From positions 3,712,001 through 3,776,000 of the forward strand of contig OZ252244.1 in the NCBI GenBank assembly GCA_965249575.1: a DNA stretch of 64,000 bases. Reading direction: 5' to 3'. The number at the start of each line of letters is the position of its first letter. Positions within the stretch are counted from its first letter, which is position 1. A program made the position numbers and the translations under genes. The DNA is from Gemmatimonadales bacterium (GTDB lineage Bacteria > Gemmatimonadota > Gemmatimonadetes > Gemmatimonadales > GWC2-71-9). This document shows positions 51,259-61,545 of the stretch, piece by piece. The notes below the pieces were generated by a model that was given only the letters and a program-made list of their open reading frames with translations, had not been told where the DNA came from and ran no database searches.

Positions 51259-52414
51259 CGGGCTGTCCAGGTTCCGTCGTCGAGGGCCGGAGATCGTCCT
51301 CGCGCTCGTCGTGGTTCTGGCCGGCGTGTCGCTCTGGCAGGCCTGGGTCACCGCGGGACACCTGCGCTCGCAGGCGCGGGATACCTCCAGAATCTTCGGG
51401 CAGATCATCAGTGCCCTAAACGATCCCGCGCCCGAGGCCAGCACCGAGGTCCTCCTGCGTCTGGTGGCCGAAATCCGGGCCACCGGTATCCCGGTCGTCA
51501 TCACCGATAGCGCCGGGAGACCCACCGCGCTCGCGAACCTCCCGTTCGATGCTTCCATCGACGACCCGAGCGTGCGGGAGTACGCTGCTGAACTCGACCG
51601 GGTGAACCCGCCGATCCTGGGGCCCGCCCTCGGTCAGGTGCATTTTGGGGCGCTCCCCCAGGCGCGACGCCTCACTGGATTCGCGCTGCTGCAATTCGGG
51701 CTCTTGGGGACGGCCGTCGCGGTGGGCATTTGGGCCTATCGCACGTCCGTCGGTCGAGACCGAGACCGCCTGTGGGTAGCGACCGCGCGGGAGTCGGCCC
51801 ACCAGCTCGGTACGCCTCTCATGAGTGCATCCGCTTGGGCTGACCGCCTTGCTGAAGGGGACGAGCGCTCCCAGACCATCGCGCGTCACCTTCGAGCCGA
51901 CATCGAGCGTCTACAGCGGGTGGCCCAGCGCTTCGAGCGCATTGGACGGCCGGCACGTCGAGAACGCGTCGGGTTGGGGGTCCTATTGGAGCGGGTTGCG
52001 GCATACTTCGTCCCCCGGTTGCCGCGGCACTCGAACCCCGTGTCCATCAAGGTGCGGGCACCAGCGGCTGGACCCACGATCGCCGGCGACGCGGTGCTTC
52101 TCGAATGGGCTTTCGAGGTCCTGGTTCGCAACGCAGTAGATGCGCTGAGCGGGCGGGGCGGGGCGATCACGCTGACCGTCATCGGCACCGGCAGCGCGGC
52201 GACCGTCACGGTAGCGGATGACGGTCCGGGCATCCCGCCCGAGGTGCGGGCTCGGCTGTTTGAGCCGGGGGCCACGACCAAGCAAGGGGGATGGGGGATC
52301 GGCCTCGCGCTGGCGCGGCGGATCATCGAAGACGTGCACGGTGGCGCGCTCGACCTCAAACCATCGCAGGTCGGGACCGTGTTTGAGGCCGAGTTACCTT
52401 CAGGGGAACAGTGA
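51248..52414 (+). CDS. Membrane sensor histidine kinase
   Basis: Two TM helices; ESAHQLGTPL H-box; NAVDA, DDGPGI and GWGIGL. Confidence 0.92.
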   Translation: MDRSGLSRFRRRGPEIVLALVVVLAGVSLWQAWVTAGHLRSQARDTSRIFGQIISALNDPAPEASTEVLLRLVAEIRATGIPVVITDSAGRPTALANLPFDASIDDPSVREYAAELDRVNPPILGPALGQVHFGALPQARRLTGFALLQFGLLGTAVAVGIWAYRTSVGRDRDRLWVATARESAHQLGTPLMSASAWADRLAEGDERSQTIARHLRADIERLQRVAQRFERIGRPARRERVGLGVLLERVAAYFVPRLPRHSNPVSIKVRAPAAGPTIAGDAVLLEWAFEVLVRNAVDALSGRGGAITLTVIGTGSAATVTVADDGPGIPPEVRARLFEPGATTKQGGWGIGLALARRIIEDVHGGALDLKPSQVGTVFEAELPSGEQ

Positions 52415-54624
52415 TCGCTTTCAGCCTGAACGACGCGCAGCGCTCCGCGGTGGAGCACCACCAGGGCCCGTTACTGGTCCTGGCCGGTGCCGGGTCGGGC
52501 AAGACCCGAGTCCTCACCGCGCGGCTTGCCCACCTGGTCGAACAGCGCAGAGTCGAGCCGCACCGAATCCTCGCCGTGACCTTCACGAACCGGGCTGCGA
52601 GCGAAATGCGCCGGCGGGTCACCGAGCTTCTCGGTCGGGAGCCCGCCGGTCTCTGGATTGGGACCTTCCATGCCGTTTGCGCGCGTCTACTCCGCCGAGA
52701 GGCGGAGCACCTCGGTTTCACGTCTCGATTCAGTATCTACGACGAGGACGATCGGCTACGGCTGATCAAGCGGCTGCTGGAGCGCCGAGGATATGCGAGC
52801 AAGGCCTACCCGCCTCGCCTCATTCAGGCCGTCATCTCGACCGCGAAGAATCGACTCCTGACCCCAGATGGGCTCGCCAGCGACGCAAGCGACCGAATCG
52901 GTCGGGTCGCGGCCGAGATCTTCGGGGACCTGGGCAAGGCTCTGGCAGCCGCAAATGCCATGGACTTCGATGATCTCCTAATCCATCCCCTCACGCTTTT
53001 CGAGCAGCACCCAGAGCGGCTGGCATACTACCAGGGCAGGTTCCGATCGATCCTCGTCGACGAATTCCAAGACACGAATCGCGCTCAGTACTTGCTCGTC
53101 CGTCACCTGGCGGCCGGGAGCAGGGATATCTGCGTGGTCGGCGACGACGATCAATCCATCTACGGGTGGCGCGGGGCAGATATCCAAAACATGCTCGATT
53201 TCCAGGGCGACTTCGGTGAAGCGACGATCGTCCGCCTCGAGCAAAACTACCGATCTACGCAGATCATCCTCGATGCGGCGAACAGTGTGATCGCCGAGAA
53301 CGCCCGACGACTGGGGAAGACGCTATTCACCGTGCGCGCGGGGGGGGATCCCGTTGTGCTCGTCGCGATGGCAGACGAGCGCGACGAAGCCGAGTGCGTA
53401 TCACGCGAGCTTCGGGCGCGCGTCTCGAACGACCACTACGATTACAGTGAGATGGCCGTCCTGTATCGCACGAACGCCCAGTCGCGCGCCTTCGAGGAAG
53501 CCTTTCGCCGCAGCGCGACGCCCCACCGAGTGGTGGGCGCGGTGAGCTTCTACGAACGCCGTGAGGTCAAGGACCTGGTCGCATACCTTCGCATCGTAGC
53601 CAACCCGGCCGATGACGAGGCGTTCCTGAGGGCGGTACAGGTGCCGAAACGGGGGGTCGGCCCCTCGAGTCTCGCGGCCTTGCAGGCCGCAGCGCATGAC
53701 TGGAGTAAACCGTTACTGGCCACGGCGACGATTGCGGATCGCATCGTGGAACTCAGGCCGCATGCAAAGACGGCATTGCGGGCCTTTGCAGATATGATCG
53801 AGCAGTTCCGCGCAGCAGCCACAAGCATCGCCCCCGCGTCGTTGCTCGAACGCATCATGGAGAAAATCGACTACGAGACGTATCTCACCTCCGGAGGGCT
53901 TGAAGGGTTCGAGCGCATCGAGAACGTGCGGGAGCTTCTCGCCGGAGCTGCTGAGTGGTCCGAAGAGAGCGACCCGGACGATCCCGCAAGTCCCCTCGAC
54001 CGTTTCCTCGTGTCAGCGGCGCTCACGAGTCCGGGTGAGCGAGGCGTGGGCGATCGGGAGGGGGTCACGCTCATGACGGTCCATACCGCCAAGGGGCTGG
54101 AATGGCCGATCGTCGTGCTAGCTGGGATGGAGGACGGATTGTTTCCTCTCAGCCGCTCCCTGGAATCGGCCGATGGAGCAGAAGAGGAGCGCCGGCTGGC
54201 CTACGTCGGGGTGACCCGGGCGCGCGACCGTCTGTATCTGACGTGGGCTCGCGCACGTCGGCGTGGTGGGCAGTTACTGCCAGGGATGCCCTCTCGTTTC
54301 CTCGAAGCCTTTCCCGCGGAGGTCCTTGAAGAGAGACGAAGCAGCGGCGCGTTCGGGGGCGAATTCCTCACGAGGCGAGGCTCGCATTCTTCGAGCGCAA
54401 CGCTCGCCGACCTCGGTAGCGTCGAAACAGAGTCCCAGGATGCACCGCGCTACGTCAAAGGCGAGCGCGTGCGACACCGCCACTTCGGATCCGGAACCAT
54501 CCGAGGACTCGGTGGTCACGGCCGGGAGCTGAAGGTGACCGTAGAATTCGACGACTCGGAGGTCGGCACGAAGCAGCTGCTCGTTGCGTACGCCGGCCTG
54601 GAACGTGACTGGGAGCCGGCATGA
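52411..54624 (+). CDS. pcrA: ATP-dependent DNA helicase UvrD/PcrA
   Basis: AGAGSGKT, DEFQDTN, GDDDQSIY, QNYRST, HTAKGLE and EERRLAYV motifs; C-terminal Tudor-like domain. Confidence 0.95.
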   Translation: MIAFSLNDAQRSAVEHHQGPLLVLAGAGSGKTRVLTARLAHLVEQRRVEPHRILAVTFTNRAASEMRRRVTELLGREPAGLWIGTFHAVCARLLRREAEHLGFTSRFSIYDEDDRLRLIKRLLERRGYASKAYPPRLIQAVISTAKNRLLTPDGLASDASDRIGRVAAEIFGDLGKALAAANAMDFDDLLIHPLTLFEQHPERLAYYQGRFRSILVDEFQDTNRAQYLLVRHLAAGSRDICVVGDDDQSIYGWRGADIQNMLDFQGDFGEATIVRLEQNYRSTQIILDAANSVIAENARRLGKTLFTVRAGGDPVVLVAMADERDEAECVSRELRARVSNDHYDYSEMAVLYRTNAQSRAFEEAFRRSATPHRVVGAVSFYERREVKDLVAYLRIVANPADDEAFLRAVQVPKRGVGPSSLAALQAAAHDWSKPLLATATIADRIVELRPHAKTALRAFADMIEQFRAAATSIAPASLLERIMEKIDYETYLTSGGLEGFERIENVRELLAGAAEWSEESDPDDPASPLDRFLVSAALTSPGERGVGDREGVTLMTVHTAKGLEWPIVVLAGMEDGLFPLSRSLESADGAEEERRLAYVGVTRARDRLYLTWARARRRGGQLLPGMPSRFLEAFPAEVLEERRSSGAFGGEFLTRRGSHSSSATLADLGSVETESQDAPRYVKGERVRHRHFGSGTIRGLGGHGRELKVTVEFDDSEVGTKQLLVAYAGLERDWEPA

Positions 54625-54926
54625 GCGTGACGCGGGAAGAGATCGAGCGCATTGCCCGGCTCACTGCGCTGGCGGTCGATCAGGACGCCCTCCGGTCCCT
54701 CACGACCGAGATCGGCCGGATTCTCGAATACGTCTCGACGCTCGAAAGCGCCGACGTTGGGACCGGCGAAATCGGCGGGTCCGTTCCTAACGCGGAATCG
54801 CGGCAACCGCTCAGACCCGACGAGGTGAGCCGCACCGAGCTGGCCGTACCACTCGAAGCGCTGGCTCCCCGCTTCGAGGACGGCCTGTTTCTCGTGCCGC
54901 GTTTGGGCGCGCTGGATCAGGAATGA
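54621..54926 (+). CDS. gatC: Asp/Glu-tRNA amidotransferase subunit C
   Basis: IARLTAL, LRPDEV and FLVPR motifs; precedes gatA. Confidence 0.92.
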   Translation: MSVTREEIERIARLTALAVDQDALRSLTTEIGRILEYVSTLESADVGTGEIGGSVPNAESRQPLRPDEVSRTELAVPLEALAPRFEDGLFLVPRLGALDQE

Positions 54927-56314
54927 GCACGGCTGAAGATCGAGCGCTCCAGGCGGCTGACGGTATCGAACGGACCGCCGGCCGCGGTCTCAATGCCGTT
55001 CTCGCCTTCGACAGGGATAACCTGCTGAGCCAATCCCGAAATCACGAACGGGTCGCGCAAGAAGCACCGCTCGATGGGCTCCCGGTTGGGATCAAGGACA
55101 ACATCTGCACGCTGGAATATCCGACCTCATGCGGTTCGCGAATCCTCGAGGGCTATTGCTCACCGTACGAGGCAACGGCCGTGGCCAGACTCAAGGCCGC
55201 TGGCGGTCTGGTTGCATGCAAGACCAACCTCGATGAATTCGGCATGGGCTCGTCGACCGAGCACTCCGCGTTCGGGCGAACGATGCACCCCATCGATACC
55301 GAGCGGGTGCCCGGAGGGTCTTCCGGTGGATCGGCCGCCCTTGTTGCCGACGGCGCGGTACCGGCGTGTCTCGGCTCCGAAACGGGCGGATCTGTACGGC
55401 AACCAGCCGCTTTCTGCGGTGTCGTTGGTGTCAAACCGACTTACGGCCGGGTGAGTCGCTACGGCTTGGTGGCCTTCGGCAGTTCTCTCGATCAGATCGG
55501 AGTGTTCGGTAAAACGGTGGCTGATGCCGCGGGCGTACTGTCGGCCATATCCGGGCGCGACCCAAACGACGCGACCTGCTCCGATCGTGACCCGCTCGAG
55601 TTCCGATCGGCACCGACGGACTTGTCGGGGACGACGGTTGGCCTCCCGCGAGAATACTTCCCGGAGGACCTGGAGCCTGGGATACGGGCGGCCTGCGACC
55701 GTACAGTCGCAGGCCTCGAAGAAGCCGGGGCGACCGTCCGCGACGTCTCGCTCCCCCATACGGCCTTGGCTGTGCCGACCTACTACATCATTGCACCGGC
55801 AGAGGCCAGCTCGAATCTCGCGCGCTATGACGGCGTACGATACGGTCTTCGCGTCGTCGATGAAAGTGGAGACGTCCACGCTATGTATCGAGCAACACGC
55901 GGCCAGGGGTTCGGCCCAGAAGTGCGCCGGCGCATCATCGTCGGCACCTACGTCCTTTCGGCCGGCTACTACCAGGCCTACTACGGCCGCGCGCTCCGGG
56001 CTCGCCAATGTATTACCCGCGACTTCCGTGAGGTATTCGAATCGGGCGTTGACCTGCTGTTTACCCCGACGACACCATCCACGGCGTTCAAGGCCGGAGA
56101 GAAGCTCGCCGACCCTGTGTCGATGTACCTGGGCGACGTGTTCGTCTGTACGGCAAACCTCGCGGGTGTTCCTGCCATGTCGATCCCCATCGGGCGGGAC
56201 GACGGCCTACCGATCGGCGGGCAGCTCATTGCGCCGCCGTTCGCCGAGGCCACGATGCTCGGCGCCGCGACGGTACTCGAACGGGTCGTCGACGAAACGG
56301 CTGAAGTCCGGTGA
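54923..56314 (+). CDS. gatA: Asp/Glu-tRNA amidotransferase subunit A
   Basis: IKDNI, PGGSSGGS, SETGGSVRQP and SSNLARYDG motifs. Confidence 0.97.
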   Translation: MSTAEDRALQAADGIERTAGRGLNAVLAFDRDNLLSQSRNHERVAQEAPLDGLPVGIKDNICTLEYPTSCGSRILEGYCSPYEATAVARLKAAGGLVACKTNLDEFGMGSSTEHSAFGRTMHPIDTERVPGGSSGGSAALVADGAVPACLGSETGGSVRQPAAFCGVVGVKPTYGRVSRYGLVAFGSSLDQIGVFGKTVADAAGVLSAISGRDPNDATCSDRDPLEFRSAPTDLSGTTVGLPREYFPEDLEPGIRAACDRTVAGLEEAGATVRDVSLPHTALAVPTYYIIAPAEASSNLARYDGVRYGLRVVDESGDVHAMYRATRGQGFGPEVRRRIIVGTYVLSAGYYQAYYGRALRARQCITRDFREVFESGVDLLFTPTTPSTAFKAGEKLADPVSMYLGDVFVCTANLAGVPAMSIPIGRDDGLPIGGQLIAPPFAEATMLGAATVLERVVDETAEVR

Positions 56315-57738
56315 GCTGGGAGTCAGTGATCGGGCTCGAGGTGCACGTCCAGCTCAAGACCCAGTCCAAGATTTTCTGTGCCTGCTCCACGGCGTTCGGT
56401 GATCCTCCAAACACGAACGTCTGTCCAGTGTGCCTCGGTCTCCCGGGTGCGCTCCCAGCGTTGAATGCGCACGCGGTGGAACTCGGCGTCCGTGCGGCGC
56501 TCGCCCTCGATTTCACGGTTCACGGCGTCAGCATCTTCGCACGAAAGAACTATTTCTATCCGGATCTACCAAAGGGATATCAAATCTCCCAGTTCGAGGC
56601 ACCGCTCGCGACCGCGGGCACCCTGGAGGTACCTACCGCGGGTGGCGGAACGGTACGAATCGGTATTACGCGGCTTCACCTGGAGGAAGATGCTGGCAAG
56701 TCGTTTCACGACCGCGTCCCATCGATGACGGCGGTAGATTTGAACCGATCGGGCACGCCGCTGGCCGAAATCGTGAGCGAGCCCGATCTCCGGTCTCCCG
56801 AGCAGGCTAGGGCCTACCTCGTCGTGCTGAAGCAGATCCTGGAATACCTCGACGTTTCTGACTGTAACATGGAGGAGGGGAGTCTTCGTGTGGACGCGAA
56901 CGTCTCGGTTCGGCAGGTTGGGGATTCGAGGCTCGGGACCAAGCAGGAAGTGAAGAACATGAACTCCTTCGGCGGTCTGGAACGGGCGGTGGGGCAGCTA
57001 CGCGACCAGCAGATCGCGTTGCTGGAGGCGGGGGTCTCGGTCGAGCTCGCGACCTATTCGGCCGCCACAGGAGAGCTCCGACACATGCGAAGCAAGGAGG
57101 AGAGCCACGACTATCGGTATTTCCCGGAGCCGGATTTACCGCCGCTCGATCTCGCTCGATATGGGATCGACATCGCCAAGGAACGGGAAGGGTTGCCGGA
57201 GCTGCCAGCGCGAAAGCGGAACCGTTTTGCCGATCAGTACGGGCTATCGGACTACGACGCTGAGGTGCTTGCGAGCACCCAGAAGTTGGGAAATTACTTC
57301 GAGGAGGTCGCGTCGGGCGCGGCGGATCCCAGGGCCGCTGCCAAATGGGTCATGGGCCCAGTGCTCGCGGCCGCTAAGGACCGTGGTGGCAGTCTGAGCG
57401 TCGCACCCGGGCGAGTAGTTCAGCTCATCCGGTTGGTCGGCGAAGCCGTGCTGAGCGAGCAGGCGGCGAAGCGTGTGTTCGTGGAGATCGTGACCAATGA
57501 TGCCGACCCTGAAACGGTGGCCAAGCAGCTTGGGCTGGTGCAGGTCGGGGACGATGACGTGATAGCGAAGTGGGTCGACGAGGTACTACGTGGTCAAGAG
57601 GAAGCGATAGCGCGTTATCGCGGTGGGGAGAAGAAGGTGCTCGGCTTCTTCATGGGCGCGGTGATGAAGGCTTCGGGCGGTAGAGCCGATCCCAAACGAG
57701 TCCAATTCGCGTTGCGGCGCCGCCTGGATGCCGGCTAG
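56311..57738 (+). CDS. gatB: Asp/Glu-tRNA amidotransferase subunit B
   Basis: IGLEVHVQL, YFYPDLPKGYQ, LEEDAGK and DYRYFPEPDL motifs. Confidence 0.98.
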   Translation: MSWESVIGLEVHVQLKTQSKIFCACSTAFGDPPNTNVCPVCLGLPGALPALNAHAVELGVRAALALDFTVHGVSIFARKNYFYPDLPKGYQISQFEAPLATAGTLEVPTAGGGTVRIGITRLHLEEDAGKSFHDRVPSMTAVDLNRSGTPLAEIVSEPDLRSPEQARAYLVVLKQILEYLDVSDCNMEEGSLRVDANVSVRQVGDSRLGTKQEVKNMNSFGGLERAVGQLRDQQIALLEAGVSVELATYSAATGELRHMRSKEESHDYRYFPEPDLPPLDLARYGIDIAKEREGLPELPARKRNRFADQYGLSDYDAEVLASTQKLGNYFEEVASGAADPRAAAKWVMGPVLAAAKDRGGSLSVAPGRVVQLIRLVGEAVLSEQAAKRVFVEIVTNDADPETVAKQLGLVQVGDDDVIAKWVDEVLRGQEEAIARYRGGEKKVLGFFMGAVMKASGGRADPKRVQFALRRRLDAG

Positions 57739-57745
57739 ACCCTCA

Positions 57746-58671
57746 TCAATCCGACGATCCCTCAGGACCGCGGCGCCAGGGACGCTGGGCGTCGGAGCTC
57801 TCCCAAAACGTCAGCTCGTAATCGGGAAGCGCGAAGTGCTCGTCCGCGACTGTCTCGAGCTGCTCCCCATCGGTCGTCAGGAGACGTATTCGAGCCGCTT
57901 CTCCCCGTAAGCGCTTCGCCAGCTTCAGCGATGCCTCACCCGAGGGATCCAACTGCCGCGCCTTTGCGTCGTTCGAACCGAGCATATCCATCACGAGATG
58001 AAATGCGACGCCCATGTTCCGATCGACCTCCGCGTCCGTGAGGTCGTAACGGCTGTTCGTCGATACAACTCGGAAGGCCCGCTGCCAGCTCCGGGTCTCC
58101 GTAATGCCGACCATCCCCTGGAACAAGCGTCTGCTCGTGCGAACGGAAAAATCGTTGGGGACAGAATCTCGTCGAGGTGTCTTTCGGCGCCAGCATGATC
58201 GAGACGAATGACGTCCATGGCGGTCCGCGCATACTGATCGCCCAAGTGCGTCTCGAACCGGCTCTCCCAATAGGAGTGGCCCAGTCCCGTCGCTCCCGCC
58301 GCGACCACGAGTTGCTGAGGAACAAAGAAGTTGTGCGCCACAGCGTCGGCTGCCAGGTGGGACAGGTATCCCAACCCGAACGCCCGGAGGGGCTCGCTCT
58401 CGGCGAGGTCGAAGATTTCCTGACCGACCTGCCAGGAGTGGCAGTGTCGGCCAACGGGGGCGTACTTCTTCGCAATGGAGGTGTCCGCGGCGATGTTGCC
58501 GTACAAGAAGTCGTAGGGAAATGCCCGCAAGAGCTCGGCGATCCACGGCGGCAGCTGCCCGAGGTTGGCGAGCACGGATTCGCCCAGAAAAATGTGCGTG
58601 CCCGGACTCCACGCGTGTGCGGGTGTCGGTACGGCCGCGGCGGCGACGAACACGAGAGCCGACGCGATCAC
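57746..58671 (-). pseudogene. Zinc-dependent phospholipase C family protein with a one-base frameshift (real or sequencing error)
   Basis: AHAWSPGTH, GNIAAD, HCH, GYLSHLAAD..AHN and HSYWE in the frame of 58671; the C-terminus continues in the frame ending 57746 after an A5 run at 58147-58151. Confidence 0.8.
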
Positions 58672-58694
58672 CGCGTGTTGCCACTGCGAGCCCG

Positions 58695-59141
58695 TTATCG
58701 CCGCCGTCCCAGCAGTGCCCGTTTCATGGCGCCCAGCACGGACGTGCTCCGCCGAGTCGTGCGGACCGCAGCCGCGACGTCGAGCACGGTCTCCTCGACC
58801 TCCTCATGGAGGATTTCCAGGAGCGCACCAACCTCCTGCAGCCGTTCTCCCGCGTCGTCGGCGACTTCCGTCACTCGAGTCCTCAGATCACGGGAAGTGC
58901 CGGCGACTCCCTCAACCTCCACACGGACAGTTTCGACCATGCGTTTGGCTTCGTCGACCGCCGACCGCGCGGACTGGAGCGCCGGTGAGGCGTGCGTATT
59001 GAGGGTCTCGGTCAATCGCTGCAACGATCCCACGACCCGCCGAGCATCCCGCAGCAGGGGGAGCGAAGCGAACATCGGCAAAGCGATGAGTATGGCGATG
59101 GCCGCGGTCGAAATCGCTGTTACTACGGCTGGCCATTCCAT
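58695..59141 (-). CDS. Membrane-anchored coiled-coil protein (DUF948-like)
   Basis: N-terminal TM segment, then heptad-like helical region; AAGGAG RBS. Confidence 0.7.
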   Translation of the reverse strand: MEWPAVVTAISTAAIAILIALPMFASLPLLRDARRVVGSLQRLTETLNTHASPALQSARSAVDEAKRMVETVRVEVEGVAGTSRDLRTRVTEVADDAGERLQEVGALLEILHEEVEETVLDVAAAVRTTRRSTSVLGAMKRALLGRRR

Positions 59142-59310
59142 TCACGGCTCCTTAATCGGGCGGGATGGCACCACAATCCCGTCATTGACCTGGCGAAGGG
59201 TGCCCATCGCCCAGGGTAGTGTCAAGCGCTGAGACCGTCGCCAACCGCTCCGCCTCGCGCGACGGCCGGGAGGGGCCCGGAGGTCGGATGCGCCCGAGGA
59301 CCCTGGCCGC

Positions 59311-59340
59311 TTGACTCCGAAGCCAGAGGCGGCGTATGGT
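59311..59340 (+). promoter_or_regulatory. sigma-70-type promoter for murA
   Basis: TTGACT-N18-TATGGT, 10 nt before the ATG. Confidence 0.55.
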
Positions 59341-59350
59341 TCGCCCCACC

Positions 59351-60646
59351 ATGGCTACCAGCTTCCGCGTCACCGGTGGCGTTCCCTTGAGCGGAACGAT
59401 TCGCCCCGCCGGCAATAAGAACGCGGCGCTCCCGATGATTGCCGCGTCCCTCCTCGCGGATGGCCCGAGCGAGATACACAACGTGCCGCACATCCGCGAC
59501 GTCGACACCATGCTTGAGTTGATCGCCGATATCGGTGTGAGTTGTTCTTGGACAGGGCCGAACAGCCTAACCATTGATCCCAGAAACATCGCCAGTCGGG
59601 AACTCAACCCCAGCTTGTGCGCCCGGATCAGGGCGTCTGTGCTGCTAGCCGGGCCGTTACTCGCCCGGTTCGGGTCCGTCGTTTTGCCCCCCCCGGGAGG
59701 CGACGTCATTGGGAGGAGGCGGCTCGACACCCATTTCCTCGCCCTGGAGCGCCTCGGCGCGGAGGTCGAGATCGGGGCCGAATACCGACTGGAGGCTCCC
59801 ACCGGCCTGGAAGGGACGGAGATTTTCCTCGACGAGCCCAGCGTGACGGCCACGGAGAATGCCCTGATGGCGGCGGTTCTGGCCGCGGGCCGCACCGACT
59901 TGCGCAACGCGGCTTCGGAACCGCACGTGCAGGACTTGGCTCGAACGCTCGTTCGGATGGGCGCGCGAATCGACGGAATTGGCACCAACGTCTTGAGCGT
60001 TGAGGGCGTCACCAGGCTCAACGGTGCGCGATTCGACGTCGGACCGGACCACGTGGAAGTGGGAAGTTTTGTCGGGCTCGCCGCAATGACAAATGGGGAA
60101 ATCGTCATCGACGGCGTGCGGCCGGAGGACCTACGGAGCATCCTCCTGAATTTCGATCGTCTGGGCGTCACGCCGCGCCTGGACGGCGACCGGGCCATCG
60201 TCGAACAGCACCAAGAACGGCGGGTTCAGCCCGACCTCGGGGGGCACATCCCGAAGATCGAAGACGGTCCCTGGCCGGCGTTTCCCGCGGACCTGACTTC
60301 CATCGCCATCGTGACGGCCACCCAGTGCGAGGGCTTGGTTCTCGTATTCGAGAAGATGTTCGAGTCACGGCTCTTCTTCGTCGACAAACTGATTGGGATG
60401 GGCGGCCGCATCGTGCTCTGTGATCCCCACCGGGTCGTCATCTCCGGCCCGTCCCCCCTGCGGGGAGGGGTCGTCGAGAGTCCCGACATTCGGGCTGGTA
60501 TGGCGATACTGATCGCTACCCTGGCGGCCGAGGGTGAGAGCACGATTCATAACATCGGCCAAATTGACAGAGGGTATGAGCGTATTGACGAGCGTCTACG
60601 CGAGTTGGGAGCCCAGATCGAGCGAGTCGAGGGCGGCGACCAATGA
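59351..60646 (+). CDS. murA: UDP-N-acetylglucosamine 1-carboxyvinyltransferase
   Basis: GNKNAALP, RASVLLAGPLL, PGGDVIGRR, SVTATEN, DIRAG and IDRGYE motifs. Confidence 0.96.
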   Translation: MATSFRVTGGVPLSGTIRPAGNKNAALPMIAASLLADGPSEIHNVPHIRDVDTMLELIADIGVSCSWTGPNSLTIDPRNIASRELNPSLCARIRASVLLAGPLLARFGSVVLPPPGGDVIGRRRLDTHFLALERLGAEVEIGAEYRLEAPTGLEGTEIFLDEPSVTATENALMAAVLAAGRTDLRNAASEPHVQDLARTLVRMGARIDGIGTNVLSVEGVTRLNGARFDVGPDHVEVGSFVGLAAMTNGEIVIDGVRPEDLRSILLNFDRLGVTPRLDGDRAIVEQHQERRVQPDLGGHIPKIEDGPWPAFPADLTSIAIVTATQCEGLVLVFEKMFESRLFFVDKLIGMGGRIVLCDPHRVVISGPSPLRGGVVESPDIRAGMAILIATLAAEGESTIHNIGQIDRGYERIDERLRELGAQIERVEGGDQ

Positions 60647-61416
60647 CGGCAGCCCAGCTGGCCATAGCGACGGAGCAGCGAGCCATGGAGAGCGGGATTC
60701 CCCGCTACGAGCTTCTGGACTGGTGGGAGCAACACGGGCTCGTCGCTGGGGTTACGGGGCGGGGAGACGGTTTCGACATGCGCCTGCCGCCGGCGGGCGA
60801 GGTTACAGCGGGAGCATGGCGGTCTTTTCTGGCTGGCCTGGACCGCCCGTTCGATGGGGTCGTCGTGGGGCGCCAAGTACACCATACGAGGGTTGAGCGT
60901 CACGCGGACCCCGTTGTTGGACTCGTGGTTCAGCCCGGAATCGACGGTCACGTTACCTCGATCCCGGGTTTGCTGCTGGCCGTGACCATCGCTGACTGCG
61001 TGCCGGTTTACCTGGCTCACCCTCCTACCGGAAGCATCGCCCTGCTTCACGCTGGATGGCGCGGTATAGCGGCCGGTATCCTGAGCGAGGGTGTACATGA
61101 GTTGTGCGACCTCGCGTCCGCGAACGTTGCAGATATCCTAATGCATTGTGGTATAGGCATTTGTGGTAGATGTTATGAAGTAGGATCTGAGGTCGTAGCT
61201 GAGGTGACGGGTAACCGAGCCACTGGAGAATCCGACTTCGTGGACTTGCGCGGGGTGGTGGCCGATCGCGCCCGCGGCCTTGGGATTCGCCAGATTTCGT
61301 GCTCGCCCTGGTGCACTGCCCACGACGCCGACCGCTTTTATTCCCACCGAGCATCGGGTGGTCCCGACGGACGCATGGCGGCCTACTTGGGGCGTCCGGG
61401 ATTCGGGTCGGCGTAG
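60643..61416 (+). CDS. pgeF: Peptidoglycan editing factor PgeF/YfiH family
   Basis: QVH, TIADCVPV, HAGWRG, CYEVG, CT and FYSHR motifs. Confidence 0.88.
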   Translation: MTAAQLAIATEQRAMESGIPRYELLDWWEQHGLVAGVTGRGDGFDMRLPPAGEVTAGAWRSFLAGLDRPFDGVVVGRQVHHTRVERHADPVVGLVVQPGIDGHVTSIPGLLLAVTIADCVPVYLAHPPTGSIALLHAGWRGIAAGILSEGVHELCDLASANVADILMHCGIGICGRCYEVGSEVVAEVTGNRATGESDFVDLRGVVADRARGLGIRQISCSPWCTAHDADRFYSHRASGGPDGRMAAYLGRPGFGSA

Positions 61417-61459
61417 GGGTACAAGTCCGGGCGGGACGCGTTCGTTGCATGTCGGGCGC

Positions 61460-61488
61460 TTGCTCCCCATCGCCGTGAGGCGTATATT
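61460..61488 (+). promoter_or_regulatory. sigma-70-type promoter for the rimP-nusA-infB operon
   Basis: TTGCTC-N17-TATATT. Confidence 0.55.
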
Positions 61489-61501
61489 CTGGGCTGTAGG
61501 G

Positions 61502-61533
61502 GAGCGGGCGCAGTTGGCCCGCGCTTTTTTTTT
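61502..61533 (+). promoter_or_regulatory. rimP leader hairpin plus U-tract (attenuator-like)
   Basis: GCGGGC-GCAGTTG-GCCCGC then GC and T9, between the promoter and the rimP start. Confidence 0.7.
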
Positions 61534-61545
61534 CCAAATTTGGCC

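Noticed and set aside
61135..61200. AT-rich patch with a near-repeat CATT(T)GTGGTA in pgeF
   Set aside because: Explained by the coding sequence HCGIGICGRCYEV; no convincing promoter pair.
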